Shown: positions 19,804 through 29,220 of the stretch, piece by piece | Position numbering within the stretch: the stretch's first letter is position 1 | Layout of the letters: each line of letters opens with the position of its first letter | From: Nitrospirota bacterium | GTDB lineage: Bacteria > Nitrospirota > UBA9217 | DNA length: 64,000 nucleotides | Direction of reading: 5' to 3' | Assembly (NCBI GenBank): GCA_963737155.1 | Contig: CAVTRN010000002.1 | Location: forward strand, 2,080,001-2,144,000 | Made by a program: the position numbers and the translations under genes | The notes under the pieces: generated by a model | Seen by the model: only the letters and a program-made list of their open reading frames with translations | What the model was told of the DNA's origin: nothing | Database searches by the model: none

Positions 19804-20436
19804 CTACTCATTCAACTGCAAATTTTTAGCGTCAGTCAGGTTTGCCTTATGCAGTTCCGTCCCACTCAAATCCACCCCACTCATGTTCGCTCCGCTCAAG
19901 TCCGCTCCATTCAGATTGGCCTTACTCAAATCCGCTCCACTCAGGTCCGATCCGCTCAAGTTTGTCTTATTCAAGTTTGCGCCGCTTAAATCTACGCCGC
20001 TCAGGTTCGCACCGCTCAAGTTCATTTCACTCAGGTTCGCACCGCTCAATTTTGTTCCATTCATATTCATTCCGCTCAAATCCACTCCGCTCAAGTTCGC
20101 CCCACTAAGATTCGCTCCACTCATATTCGCCCCACTCAAGTCTATTCCCTTCATATTCGCTCTTCGCAAGTCCGCGCCCGTCAGATTTGCCCCATCCGCG
20201 TCAACTCCACTCAAGTTCGACTCAAACAAGTTAGCCCCGCTCAAATCGGCACCATTTAAATCCCGACCCTGCAGGTTCACCCCATTAAGTTCCGCCTCGC
20301 TCAGGTTACAATGCGGACATTGATTGGTTGCCCTCAAGGTGTCTAGATCAGTCTGCTCGAAGCCGTATACGACACTAACCGTCAGAAGTAAGCAAAGGCC
20401 GATTATCCCCAGCACCGCTCCAGTCCTTTTATTCAT
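19804..20436 (-). CDS. Exported pentapeptide-repeat protein
   Basis: Signal peptide, CPHCNL cap, ~30 A(N/D)LSG-type pentapeptides (15-nt DNA periodicity). Confidence 0.92.
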   Translation of the reverse strand: MNKRTGAVLGIIGLCLLLTVSVVYGFEQTDLDTLRATNQCPHCNLSEAELNGVNLQGRDLNGADLSGANLFESNLSGVDADGANLTGADLRRANMKGIDLSGANMSGANLSGANLSGVDLSGMNMNGTKLSGANLSEMNLSGANLSGVDLSGANLNKTNLSGSDLSGADLSKANLNGADLSGANMSGVDLSGTELHKANLTDAKNLQLNE

Positions 20437-20819
20437 CGCCGTATCTCCTCATTAGATAAATCACTACTTTGAAATGGGATATTTAGTCACATATCCATCC
20501 ATGAAAGATTTCAATTATATTATCCTTCGGTCCTCAATTTCACCTCCCTATCAACAGTGATAAACTCACCCTCGTCCACCTCCACCTTTGGGTTTGACAG
20601 GACAATCTTGTCGTAATCTATTGATATGACCAGTGCCGACACACCGATGACGTTGCTACCCACCAAAAAAGACGATCGACTGCTTAAGAATTAGCATCAA
20701 AGAAGCGTTGATCGAGGTAGTGTACATAGCATGCAAAGAGCTGATTCACGGATACCTGCCGTTTTTATCTAGCTTTTTTCAACAAGGCCATGATAAAGTA
20801 ATTTCGCAGATTCCTTTCC

Positions 20820-22214
20820 TTATATCGGCAACAAATTCAGGTTAAATCCTCTTTCAATGAGCCACGTAAACCCCAAAACGAATATGGCAAGTGATACGCC
20901 GACGGTCACTTTTCGGAACTCTATTTTAGTTCTGAGCATGTGCAAAATCGGCAACAGAACGAGGAAAATCATCAGTTGTCCGAGTTCCACCCCGAGGTTG
21001 AAAGATACTACCGATACTAAAAGGTTCGATTTTCCGACGATTAGTTCCTGCAGAACGCTTGCAAAGCCGAATCCGTGAATTAGCCCAAAACAAAATGTCA
21101 ACAGCCATCGATAATTGACTTCTTTCCTAAACAGGTTTTCAAGAGCGACAAAACAAATGGAAAAGGCTATTACCGATTCGACAACGCGAGAATTCAAACT
21201 AATAACCTGCGTTGCCGCCAACAGCAGGGTAATGCTATGTGCTATGGTAAATGCAGTGATTATCTTCAGAACTTCCTTGATTGACAGTCCAACAACTATA
21301 AGGGCCAGGAGAAACGCTATATGGTCATAACCAGTTAAAATGTGCTCAATGCCGAGCAGCACAAATTCACCGATATTTTCCCATATTGAGCTAATCACCG
21401 GTTGTTTCGGAACGTCGCTGCTCTGACCGGATTTATGGGGCCTGTTTAATGCAAGTAAGCCGCTTGTGGAGACTGAGGCAGTCGGATTCCGGGAAAAATG
21501 TGTTTTCTTCTCACCGTCATACGCCGACAAAGCCCCGGTCTTTTTCACGTGAGTGATGGCTGTAACCGTACCCATTGGTACAATGTTTAGATTCTTTTCT
21601 TTCTTAACGACGTTTGATGCTATACTTGCCGGGGAACCCTTAATGGAAACATCCCACTCATGCGCATCGTGTTCAAACGTGTATTGGCCATTGGGCTGTG
21701 AATAATCCACGACTTTCTGTAAATCGTCCCCAACGGCATCGGTCAAATACAAATAAGCAAGATTTACATGCGCATTGTTTGTTTCCTCGAATAACAACTG
21801 GTAATCAATTTTTACGGGGTTCTCGGGATTGGGAAAATTGACATTAGCGACGGACAGCCATATCTTAAACATGCCGGTTACATTTCTGGTAAGCTTTGTT
21901 ACTTTCACCGGATATATTTTATTGTTGATCGTTATGGACATCTTTTTATTTATATAAGGCTGAATGATATCGGCCGCGATTTTACCCAGTTCTTCATCGG
22001 AACTTGATTCAGGATTGTAATGCCCCTCTTTTATACCTTTTATCCCTTCGAATAAAAGAGAATTGAGCTCTATGAAGGCCGTAATATTGTTTTTGCCAAT
22101 ACACCACATGGACCCGCCCATCGGGATATTGTGCGCCGAAGCGGTCATTGCTGCTGAAAATATCAGGATTGCTGCTATCGATAAATACAGTTTCTTGAAA
22201 AATGGAGTGAGCAT
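20820..22214 (-). CDS. HupE/UreJ-family membrane protein with large periplasmic N-terminal domain
   Basis: Signal peptide ending ASA-H; GIEHILTGYDHIAFLLAL, FTIAHSITL, FGLIHGFGFA, FNLGVELGQL motifs. Confidence 0.88.
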   Translation of the reverse strand: MLTPFFKKLYLSIAAILIFSAAMTASAHNIPMGGSMWCIGKNNITAFIELNSLLFEGIKGIKEGHYNPESSSDEELGKIAADIIQPYINKKMSITINNKIYPVKVTKLTRNVTGMFKIWLSVANVNFPNPENPVKIDYQLLFEETNNAHVNLAYLYLTDAVGDDLQKVVDYSQPNGQYTFEHDAHEWDVSIKGSPASIASNVVKKEKNLNIVPMGTVTAITHVKKTGALSAYDGEKKTHFSRNPTASVSTSGLLALNRPHKSGQSSDVPKQPVISSIWENIGEFVLLGIEHILTGYDHIAFLLALIVVGLSIKEVLKIITAFTIAHSITLLLAATQVISLNSRVVESVIAFSICFVALENLFRKEVNYRWLLTFCFGLIHGFGFASVLQELIVGKSNLLVSVVSFNLGVELGQLMIFLVLLPILHMLRTKIEFRKVTVGVSLAIFVLGFTWLIERGFNLNLLPI

Positions 22215-22240
22215 ATGGGTATCCTCATCTTCGCAAGTAT

Positions 22241-22269
22241 AAGACGGGGGGCCCGAAGGCCCCCGTCTT
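22241..22269. other. Strong intergenic hairpin between the PEP-CTERM and HupE/UreJ genes
   Basis: AAGACGGGGGGCC-cgaa-GGCCCCCGTCTT; similar stem to the 17911 terminator but without a U-tract on the coding strand (partial terminator or stabiliser). Confidence 0.6.
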
Positions 22270-22277
22270 CACATTAT

Positions 22278-22862
22278 TTAGACAATCATATTACGACGGA
22301 TGCCGAACAGACCGAGCAGCCCCGAGCCGAACAGCCAGGCAGCCGCCGGAATCGGAGTCTGAGCTACATTGACCTCAATGCTGTTGTTTGTCACCGCAGC
22401 ACCAGTCGAGGTTAAATTAACTATGGTTGCGTACCCATCGGTCGTATCCGACGTGAGAATTGGGGTTGCTCCATCGGAGCCCCAGAAGGAAAGCCCGAAT
22501 GAGTTGTTCGTTGAGCCGCTCAAATCAAGGGAAAATTGGACTGTAGAGCCGAACGTTACCTGCTGAAAGTAGTCGTTCCAGCCATCCGTGTTGTTGATGG
22601 TTAAGGCCGATGGGAGCGCTCCCGTGACAGCACCTGTTGGCGTAACGGAGCCAAGCACGGCGTCAGAAACGAAATTCGATACAACTGCGGCTGACAGTGG
22701 TTGAGCGATCTCATTTGGGTTGTACTGCAATTCGATGTATCCAGTTTGTCCGGCAACGGATGATGTGTTTGCCGTAAAATTGTAGGAATAATCTGCGAAT
22801 GCCGAAGTGGCAGCAAACATCATAACAGCAACGACGAGAAGCCTGATTATGAGACGTTTCAT
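22278..22862 (-). CDS. PEP-CTERM (VPLPA-type) exosortase-sorted surface protein
   Basis: GGGAGG RBS, signal peptide (AFA), Ser/Thr-rich beta domain (TSSVAGQTGYIELQYNP), C-terminal TPIPAAAWLFGSGLLGLFGIRR. Confidence 0.9.
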   Translation of the reverse strand: MKRLIIRLLVVAVMMFAATSAFADYSYNFTANTSSVAGQTGYIELQYNPNEIAQPLSAAVVSNFVSDAVLGSVTPTGAVTGALPSALTINNTDGWNDYFQQVTFGSTVQFSLDLSGSTNNSFGLSFWGSDGATPILTSDTTDGYATIVNLTSTGAAVTNNSIEVNVAQTPIPAAAWLFGSGLLGLFGIRRNMIV

Positions 22863-23004
22863 TGAATTCCTCCCAATCATTTATTTTTTATTATTTTTGA
22901 AGTTTTTTCTTCCAATAAAAATCTTCTGTTCTTTACTTTAAACTCAATAAAAACTATCCCCCCTTTCTGTAATAGATGCTGCGTCGTCTCCCCCTTTCAT
23001 GGCG

Positions 23005-23046
23005 AAAAAAATCCGGGTGCTTTCTCTTGCGAAAAAGGCAACCCGG
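23005..23046 (-). terminator. Riboswitch-coupled intrinsic terminator
   Basis: CCGGGTTGCCTTTTTC..GAGAAAGCACCCGG-ATTTTTTT; its 5' arm is the 3' strand of the aptamer. Confidence 0.8.
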
Positions 23047-23108
23047 CTGTCCGCGAGGGACCCGTGGCTTTCCGTCCCCGTCTTACAACGGGTTTGGCTT
23101 TAGCGGCT
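23036..23108 (-). ncRNA. c-di-GMP-I (GEMM-I) riboswitch
   Basis: AAAGCCAAACCCGTT-GTAA-GACGGGGACGGAAAGCCACGGGTCC..GGACAGCCGGGTTGCC matches P2 (GNRA loop), the GGAAAGCC junction and P3 of GEMM-I; upstream of the PEP-CTERM gene. Confidence 0.9.
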
Positions 23109-23500
23109 TGGCAGCTTTTTTGAGCTTGTTATGCGCTCGAGATTAAATGTATATTTACCAATCAGGCAACCTCCCAAATTCTTCAAACATAAAAAAACCG
23201 CTACGAATATTTCCGTAGCGGGCTCTAAGGTAACCCTGATTCAGGGGCCTAAAAAGTACCCGATGATAATGATTACGACCACATATTCTTGCGTCCCCAT
23301 CTTTCAATGGGTTCGTCTTTATCGGCTAACAAGCTTTTTTGAGCTTATTATGCGATCGAGATTGAATGTATGCTGACTAATTAGGCAACCTCTCGAATTC
23401 TTTAAACAAAAAAATCCGCCACGAATATTTCCGTAGCGGGCTCCAAGGTACCCCTGATCCAGAGGCCTAAAAAGTACCCGATGATAATATTACAACCACT
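23069..23500. repeat. Tandem ~220-bp imperfect duplication of leader DNA
   Basis: 23069-23288 aligns with 23289-23500 (shared AGCTTTTTTGAGCTT, AGGCAACCTC, ACGAATATTTCCGTAGCGGGCTC, GGCCTAAAAAGTACCCGATGATAAT). Confidence 0.9.
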
Positions 23501-23833
23501 TACACTATAGTTCGAATCTTATTTCCAACCAACAACGGTGCCTCAGGACAAATAATACGTTCTATTTGCCCTTCACGACCTTGTTGCGTGAAGAGGTCTG
23601 GCTTGCAAGCCCATTTCACACAGTGAGGCAGGACAAACAGTTCTTTAGTACATATTTTTCGCTGAGACAGAAGATTATCCCGTGGCTTTATTGCCCTATA
23701 GATCTTTCGATCATCAACGTTTATTCACGTGCCTATCGTGCTTAAGAGATCCTGTTGCCGCCTTTGGTGTTTCTTCCCTTCCAATCATGACAAAACGATA
23801 CCTGCAAGATAAACAAAGAGCGCTCTAATACAG

Positions 23834-24070
23834 AACTATTTCATAAGACTGTTACCGCTTATTCCGCATACTGCGCGATAGATCTTCATAATCCACTCTC
23901 TAAACGTTCATTCGTGGATGTCAGTTCCATGGAACGGCGGAAAGAATACTACATTTAGATTTCGATCACTATAACACATGAATGTTTCATTATTATGAAA
24001 ATATGGTTACATTTTTATCATGCTAAATATAGCGACTGACAAATTAGTTTCTTGCAATATCAATGAGATG
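23834..24070 (-). promoter_or_regulatory. Duplicated promoter region, copy 2
   Basis: Colinear with 17273-17511. Minus strand TGTAACC-atat-TTTCATA-ataa-TGAAACA-9 nt-TATAGT with TG extension. Confidence 0.65.
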
Positions 24071-25549
24071 TTTATTTTTTTTCGTCAATCTGTTTGCCCG
24101 ATAAATTAAACCGCGCCACATTTGTCGAAACAATCTATTTTTTTCAGCAACGAATTCGGTTTTCCATTAACGAGATTAAATTTATGATAAAATCAGTCGG
24201 CAAGGGCTCCCTTAAATATTCTAATTGGCATGCTGACCTCCTTTTCCATTTATCAATTTTCCCATAAGGGTCTCCCGAACATTGTTTGGTGCAATTTAGA
24301 TCTCTTAATAATATCGATTTCGTCACATCATTCCTCTATTTGGCAATTGCACGATTAAACTTGCTATTCTCAGTAGCCTTCTGGCTGTTTTGTCGCGGAC
24401 GTGCATGTTCAGGCATCTTGGGAAAAGCGTTTCCCAGAATCTTTCTGCCATTATCTGCGATTTATGCTATGAACACGTTAACAAGGATCATCTCCCCTCT
24501 GAGTCTTTCGACCATCGCATTCATTTAACGAAATTTTAACCTTATTTCAATATTTATGTAACACTTCAGGCGTATTTTTTTGCAAGATACTCTCTCTGTC
24601 GTTTTTTCCCAGTCTACAGAAGTTTCTCTGATATATCTGCTTGCTCATTCCATGATGGCGCAGGTTGCTGGAGAATGAAGCGATTGACAGCGGCTGGTGA
24701 AATATTTCTTGAGCTGTTGCATATTCTTTAAAAAACAGAAAACAGGGAATTATCTATGTCGGTACAAAGCATGAAGATTTTTCTTCCACAAGGGTCTGAA
24801 AAGTAATTTGCTAAATTTTCTGTGGCCATCCAGAAGCTAACAGGATTTCGGCTGCTCTTTTTGACCGCTTTTATATGGATAATCTTCCATTATTTCCTAC
24901 GACAAAACGTAAGAATATTTCCTGTGTTCGACACCGTCACCGATATTGTCAATCTTCGGCATGATGCTTGACTGTGTACCATGGATACTCACGAAATGAT
25001 GCCACATGGAGATTTTAACACCCATGGGCAAGCTGTACAAAGATTACCGTCAGTTCAATTCCAAAACAGCGCCGCGTTTTTAATAAATGCGGCCCACTTG
25101 TATGTCGCGTGACAAGGTACTATTACTATTTATTCTAAACACTATCTTTTCAAGTAGACGCATATTTCCTTTCTTCCCTGCTACTAAAACCGTTTGGCAT
25201 AATTGTTAATTTGTTTTTCTTAATGTTCGTAACATTAAATAACATATTTTTGAACATCGTAGTTCTACAGTTCTTATATTGCATCCCCGAGCTCGTGTAA
25301 GAGATGATTATCTTTGGTTATACTTAAATCAGCAGTTGACATGCTGGCTTTTTTGAAGATCGATTAAAATAGCTTCAATTTTTGTCAACGCATAAATGAG
25401 AATTTTAACTGCTCTGCCACAGCCACAAGTGGGCAATAATGCTTTTAGTGGACTGATTCGATTTTTTCCTGCCAATTCAGGATAAAAGGTAGTTCTACTT
25501 ACAGCATGTGCTGGCGCGATTTAATTACAGTAAAGGGGCGAGAGAAAAA

Positions 25550-25984
25550 ATGGAATGGCTCAGAGTTGCTATTGATTATGGAATCATGGGATTATTGCTG
25601 CTCTTAAGTATTGTATCTGTTGCAATAGCTGTTGAAAGGCATCTGGTCTACAAGAATCTCAACATAAGCCAATATCGGGATATAAAAAGCCTGGAAATCG
25701 TGCTTACCGAGAAGCTTCACTTCATTGGAACTATTGGAAGCAATGCTCCCTATATCGGACTGCTCGGCACGGTGCTTGGTATCATGCTCACCTTTTACAC
25801 GATGGGGAAAGAGGGCTTCATGGACTCGGGGAAGATCATGATCGGTCTTTCCCTCGCCTTGAAGGCTACGGCCGCAGGATTGCTTGTTGCTATCCCGTCT
25901 GTTGTCCTTTACAACCTTCTGGTGAGAAGGGCAAAGGTTCTGATGATGCAGTGGGAGATAAATAATGGACGAGAAAGAGTTTAA
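25550..25984 (+). CDS. exbB: TonB system energizer ExbB (short type)
   Basis: IGSNAPYIGLLGTVLGIM, LSLALKATAAGLLVAIP; start moved to ATG 25550. Confidence 0.92.
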   Translation: MEWLRVAIDYGIMGLLLLLSIVSVAIAVERHLVYKNLNISQYRDIKSLEIVLTEKLHFIGTIGSNAPYIGLLGTVLGIMLTFYTMGKEGFMDSGKIMIGLSLALKATAAGLLVAIPSVVLYNLLVRRAKVLMMQWEINNGRERV

Positions 25985-26345
25985 TTACATCAATGTCATA
26001 CCTCTTGTTGATGTGATGCTTGTGCTTCTCACGATCGTGCTGACGACATCTAGCTTTATTGCAACGGGGGCCCTTCCGGTTGAACTTCCCAAGGCGGCGA
26101 AGAGCCCGTCAGAGATAGCGAAGACGCTGACCATCGAGATAGACGTAAGCGGGAACATATGTCTAAACCGCCGTCCTGCATCGCTCGATGAATTGAATAT
26201 CTCGTTGCAAGCCATCCCCAGAGATATTCCGCTTCTTATCAGGGCTGACAAGAATATCCGTCTGCAGGCATTTGTAGACGTCCTTGACGTCGTGAAAAAC
26301 CTAGAATTTAAAAGGGTCAGCTTGCAGACGCAAGAGATGAGATGA
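25965..26345 (+). CDS. exbD: Biopolymer transporter ExbD
   Basis: INVIPLVDVMLVLLTI, VELPKA, IRADK motifs. Confidence 0.93.
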   Translation: MDEKEFNYINVIPLVDVMLVLLTIVLTTSSFIATGALPVELPKAAKSPSEIAKTLTIEIDVSGNICLNRRPASLDELNISLQAIPRDIPLLIRADKNIRLQAFVDVLDVVKNLEFKRVSLQTQEMR

Positions 26346-27004
26346 AGTACCAGCGTATCGGCTTACAGATATCCATCCTCATACACCTATTGCTCTGTAT
26401 GATTGGCTTCGGGTATGGCTATTTTTTCTTAGTTCCTGCGAGCGCACCCATTCCTCTCGAGATCGGGATTATCTCCTGTCCTGAGCCCGCCCCGATTCAG
26501 GTTGCGCGGCAGCACAGGAACCGATTCCACATGGTTAAAGAATCCCGTAAGCCGGCGCAGCAGCCGGAAACACTCTCTCGGACAGCGGTGGCTGAGCAAC
26601 CGATTGTGAGGCAGGAAGTGATAGCCGCGCAGACAGGAACGGCCCCACAGAAGGAAGCTGGCCCGCAGGCAGGAACGGACGAATCTTTAAAAGCGAGTCA
26701 AACTGCACCTAACGGCTCGATAGTCGGTCCCGTTTTTAATGCTGATTATCTGCATAATCCAAAACCATTATACCCGCTTATTGCGCGGCGGTTGAAGCTG
26801 GAAGGAACCGTTGTAGTACGGGTGCTGGTAAGCTCCGCGGGTAAGGCTGAAGCCGTCCACTTGGGGACAAGCTCCGGATCGAATGTGCTGGATCAAGCAG
26901 CTTTAAATGCTGTGCAGGAGTGGTCATTCGTACCGGCGCAGCAGGGAGTTCAGCCTGTTACCTCCTGGGTGGACGTCCCCATTCGTTTTCGCTTGACCGA
27001 CTGA
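26342..27004 (+). CDS. tonB: Energy transducer TonB
   Basis: N-terminal TM with S..IH, Pro/Gln linker, NPKPLYP..ARR..EGTVVVRV..LDQAAL..W.F.PA C-domain. Confidence 0.92.
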   Translation: MKYQRIGLQISILIHLLLCMIGFGYGYFFLVPASAPIPLEIGIISCPEPAPIQVARQHRNRFHMVKESRKPAQQPETLSRTAVAEQPIVRQEVIAAQTGTAPQKEAGPQAGTDESLKASQTAPNGSIVGPVFNADYLHNPKPLYPLIARRLKLEGTVVVRVLVSSAGKAEAVHLGTSSGSNVLDQAALNAVQEWSFVPAQQGVQPVTSWVDVPIRFRLTD

Positions 27005-27066
27005 CGTGGCCCAAACCGCAGATCAGGAATGAAAAGTTATGCCGGATTTTTTTGGAGGAGTACCAT

Positions 27067-29139
27067 ATGCACCGACGGATTAAAAGCCGGTACATTGCCA
27101 TATTTGCTATCGGGATGTTCTTATTTTCTAGTGGGCCTACAGCACCTGTCTTTGCCGGAGGAGTCCAGACTCTCAATACCGTGGAAGTGACCGGTTCTGC
27201 TGAGGATCTGGTGGGCTCGGCGGATTCCGCTACCGAGGGAACCATCACGCCTCAACAGATCGAAGACCTTCCTGTGTTGCGGACCGGTGAATTTCTTGAA
27301 GAAGTCCCGGGCCTGATTGTCAGCCAGCACAGTGGCGAAGGCAAGGCGAACCAATACTATTTACGCGGATTTGACCTCGATCACGGGACTGATTTGGCAA
27401 CGACAGTGGCGGGTATGCCGATCAATATGCCGACCCATGCGCATGGGCAGGGATATACGGACTTGAACTTCTTAATGCCGGAACTTCTTGGAGGCATCCA
27501 ATACAGAAAAGGGCCGTACTACGCAGATCAGGGAGACTTTTCCGCCGCCGGCGCCGTCACCATGGATTACGTCAATGTGCTGGACCGGAATATCGCTGAA
27601 GCGGGCATAGGGAACGAAGGCTATCGCCGGGCTTTGGTGGCGGGGTCCTCGGCGCTTGCCGGAGGGCATCTGCTCTACGGTCTTGAAGCGTATCATCATG
27701 ACGGACCCTGGGTTCACCCTGACGATTACGATAAATTCAATAGCGTGCTTCGCTACAGTCATGGTGATGCTCAAAACGGCTACAGCATAACCGCCCTGGG
27801 TTACGACGGTACCTGGAATGCCACGAACCAGGCCGCTATCCGCGCCATAGATGAAGGCCTGATCTCCCGTTATGGCGCCCTCTCTCCCATGGATGCAGGA
27901 AATTCTTATCGATTCAGCCTTTCCGCGGAAGGGCAACAGACATCGGAGGATTCGATTACCCGGGAGAATGCATATCTGATCAAGTATCAAATGACTTTGT
28001 GGAACAATTTTACGTATGATTTGGTGGATCAGGTCAATGGAGACCAGTTTGAGCAGCACGATGAGCGGATCGTTTCCGGTTTCGGTGTCAGCCATGATTG
28101 GATAACGCAGCTGGCTGGCCACGATATGGTCAATACCGTCGGAGTGCAGGTACGCAATGACGACATCAGTCCGGTCGGACTGTACCATACCATGAATCAG
28201 CAGGTGCTTTACCTGACAGAGCAGGACACTGTCATACAAACCAGCGGAAGCGTTTATGTACAGAACCGTTTTCAATGGTCGGATAAATTCCGCAGCATAG
28301 TGGGGCTCCGCGGGGACGCTTACCATTGGGACGTTACGGCCAATATCCCCCAAAATTCCGGCGACGCCCACGCATCCCTCCTGGATCCTAAATTGAGCCT
28401 GATTTTCGGACCCTGGGATAAGACAGAATTCTATATAAATGCCGGCCAAGGTTTCCACAGCAATGACGGACGAGGAACAACCATGACGGTGGACCCACTG
28501 ACACTCGAGCCGACCAGCAAAGTCAGCCCCCTCGTGCGGGCCGAGGGGCTTGATGTCGGGACGAGAACCGCGGTCATCCCGAATTTGCAAAGCGAGCTTA
28601 CTTTTTGGGCACTCAATCTGGCCTCTGAGCTCGTCTTCGATGCCGACGTAGGCGAAACCACGCCGAGCTATGAGAGCCGCCGGTATGGCTTGGAATGGGC
28701 AAACTATTATAAGCCGACGTCATGGTTTACACTTGATGCAGACTTAGCCTTATCTCATGCACGCTTTGTCGGTGATCCTGTCGGAAACCGCATTCCTGGT
28801 TCACCCGAAGCAATATTCTCTGCCGGAGCCTCTGTTGACAATATAAATGGCTATCTCGGCAGCCTGAAGGTGCGTTATTTCGGACCACGCCCGCTTTATG
28901 ATGACAACAGTGTCCGGTCCGAAGCGTCCACAATCGTGGACGGCCGGGTCGGCTATAAATTCAGCAATAACTGGCGTCTCTTCCTTGATGTTTTCAACCT
29001 GTTTAACGCAAAGGTCAGCGATATTGACTATTTTTACGTATCCCGGCTTCCGGGTGAACCCCCGGCAGGCGTAGCGGATATTTCCACTCACCCAGCTGAT
29101 CCGCTGGAAGCTCGCCTTACACTTTCCATGAGCTTCTGA
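27067..29139 (+). CDS. TonB-dependent receptor
   Basis: GGAGGAG RBS before ATG 27067; TonB box NTVEVTG; SQHSGEGKANQYYLRGFDLDHGTD plug; FNLFN; terminal Phe. Confidence 0.92.
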   Translation: MHRRIKSRYIAIFAIGMFLFSSGPTAPVFAGGVQTLNTVEVTGSAEDLVGSADSATEGTITPQQIEDLPVLRTGEFLEEVPGLIVSQHSGEGKANQYYLRGFDLDHGTDLATTVAGMPINMPTHAHGQGYTDLNFLMPELLGGIQYRKGPYYADQGDFSAAGAVTMDYVNVLDRNIAEAGIGNEGYRRALVAGSSALAGGHLLYGLEAYHHDGPWVHPDDYDKFNSVLRYSHGDAQNGYSITALGYDGTWNATNQAAIRAIDEGLISRYGALSPMDAGNSYRFSLSAEGQQTSEDSITRENAYLIKYQMTLWNNFTYDLVDQVNGDQFEQHDERIVSGFGVSHDWITQLAGHDMVNTVGVQVRNDDISPVGLYHTMNQQVLYLTEQDTVIQTSGSVYVQNRFQWSDKFRSIVGLRGDAYHWDVTANIPQNSGDAHASLLDPKLSLIFGPWDKTEFYINAGQGFHSNDGRGTTMTVDPLTLEPTSKVSPLVRAEGLDVGTRTAVIPNLQSELTFWALNLASELVFDADVGETTPSYESRRYGLEWANYYKPTSWFTLDADLALSHARFVGDPVGNRIPGSPEAIFSAGASVDNINGYLGSLKVRYFGPRPLYDDNSVRSEASTIVDGRVGYKFSNNWRLFLDVFNLFNAKVSDIDYFYVSRLPGEPPAGVADISTHPADPLEARLTLSMSF

Positions 29140-29220
29140 TAGCCGGTTCGTGTGCTACGCATAAAGTTCGCTTTGCATCTGGTATAGAAAATCAGAGATG
29201 TTTTCATCTGAATAAATTTA

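Noticed and set aside
19860-20310. CRISPR-like or satellite periodicity
   Set aside because: The 15-nt period is explained by the pentapeptide-repeat CDS; there are no spacers or cas genes.
23590-23632. Cobalamin riboswitch suggested by CACTGTG..AAGCCAGACC
   Set aside because: No upstream GGGAA/GGTG..AATCC core; the match is too short.
29152-29178. Second NikR-like site GTGCTAC-N13-TTTGCAT
   Set aside because: The second half-site is too degenerate to support.
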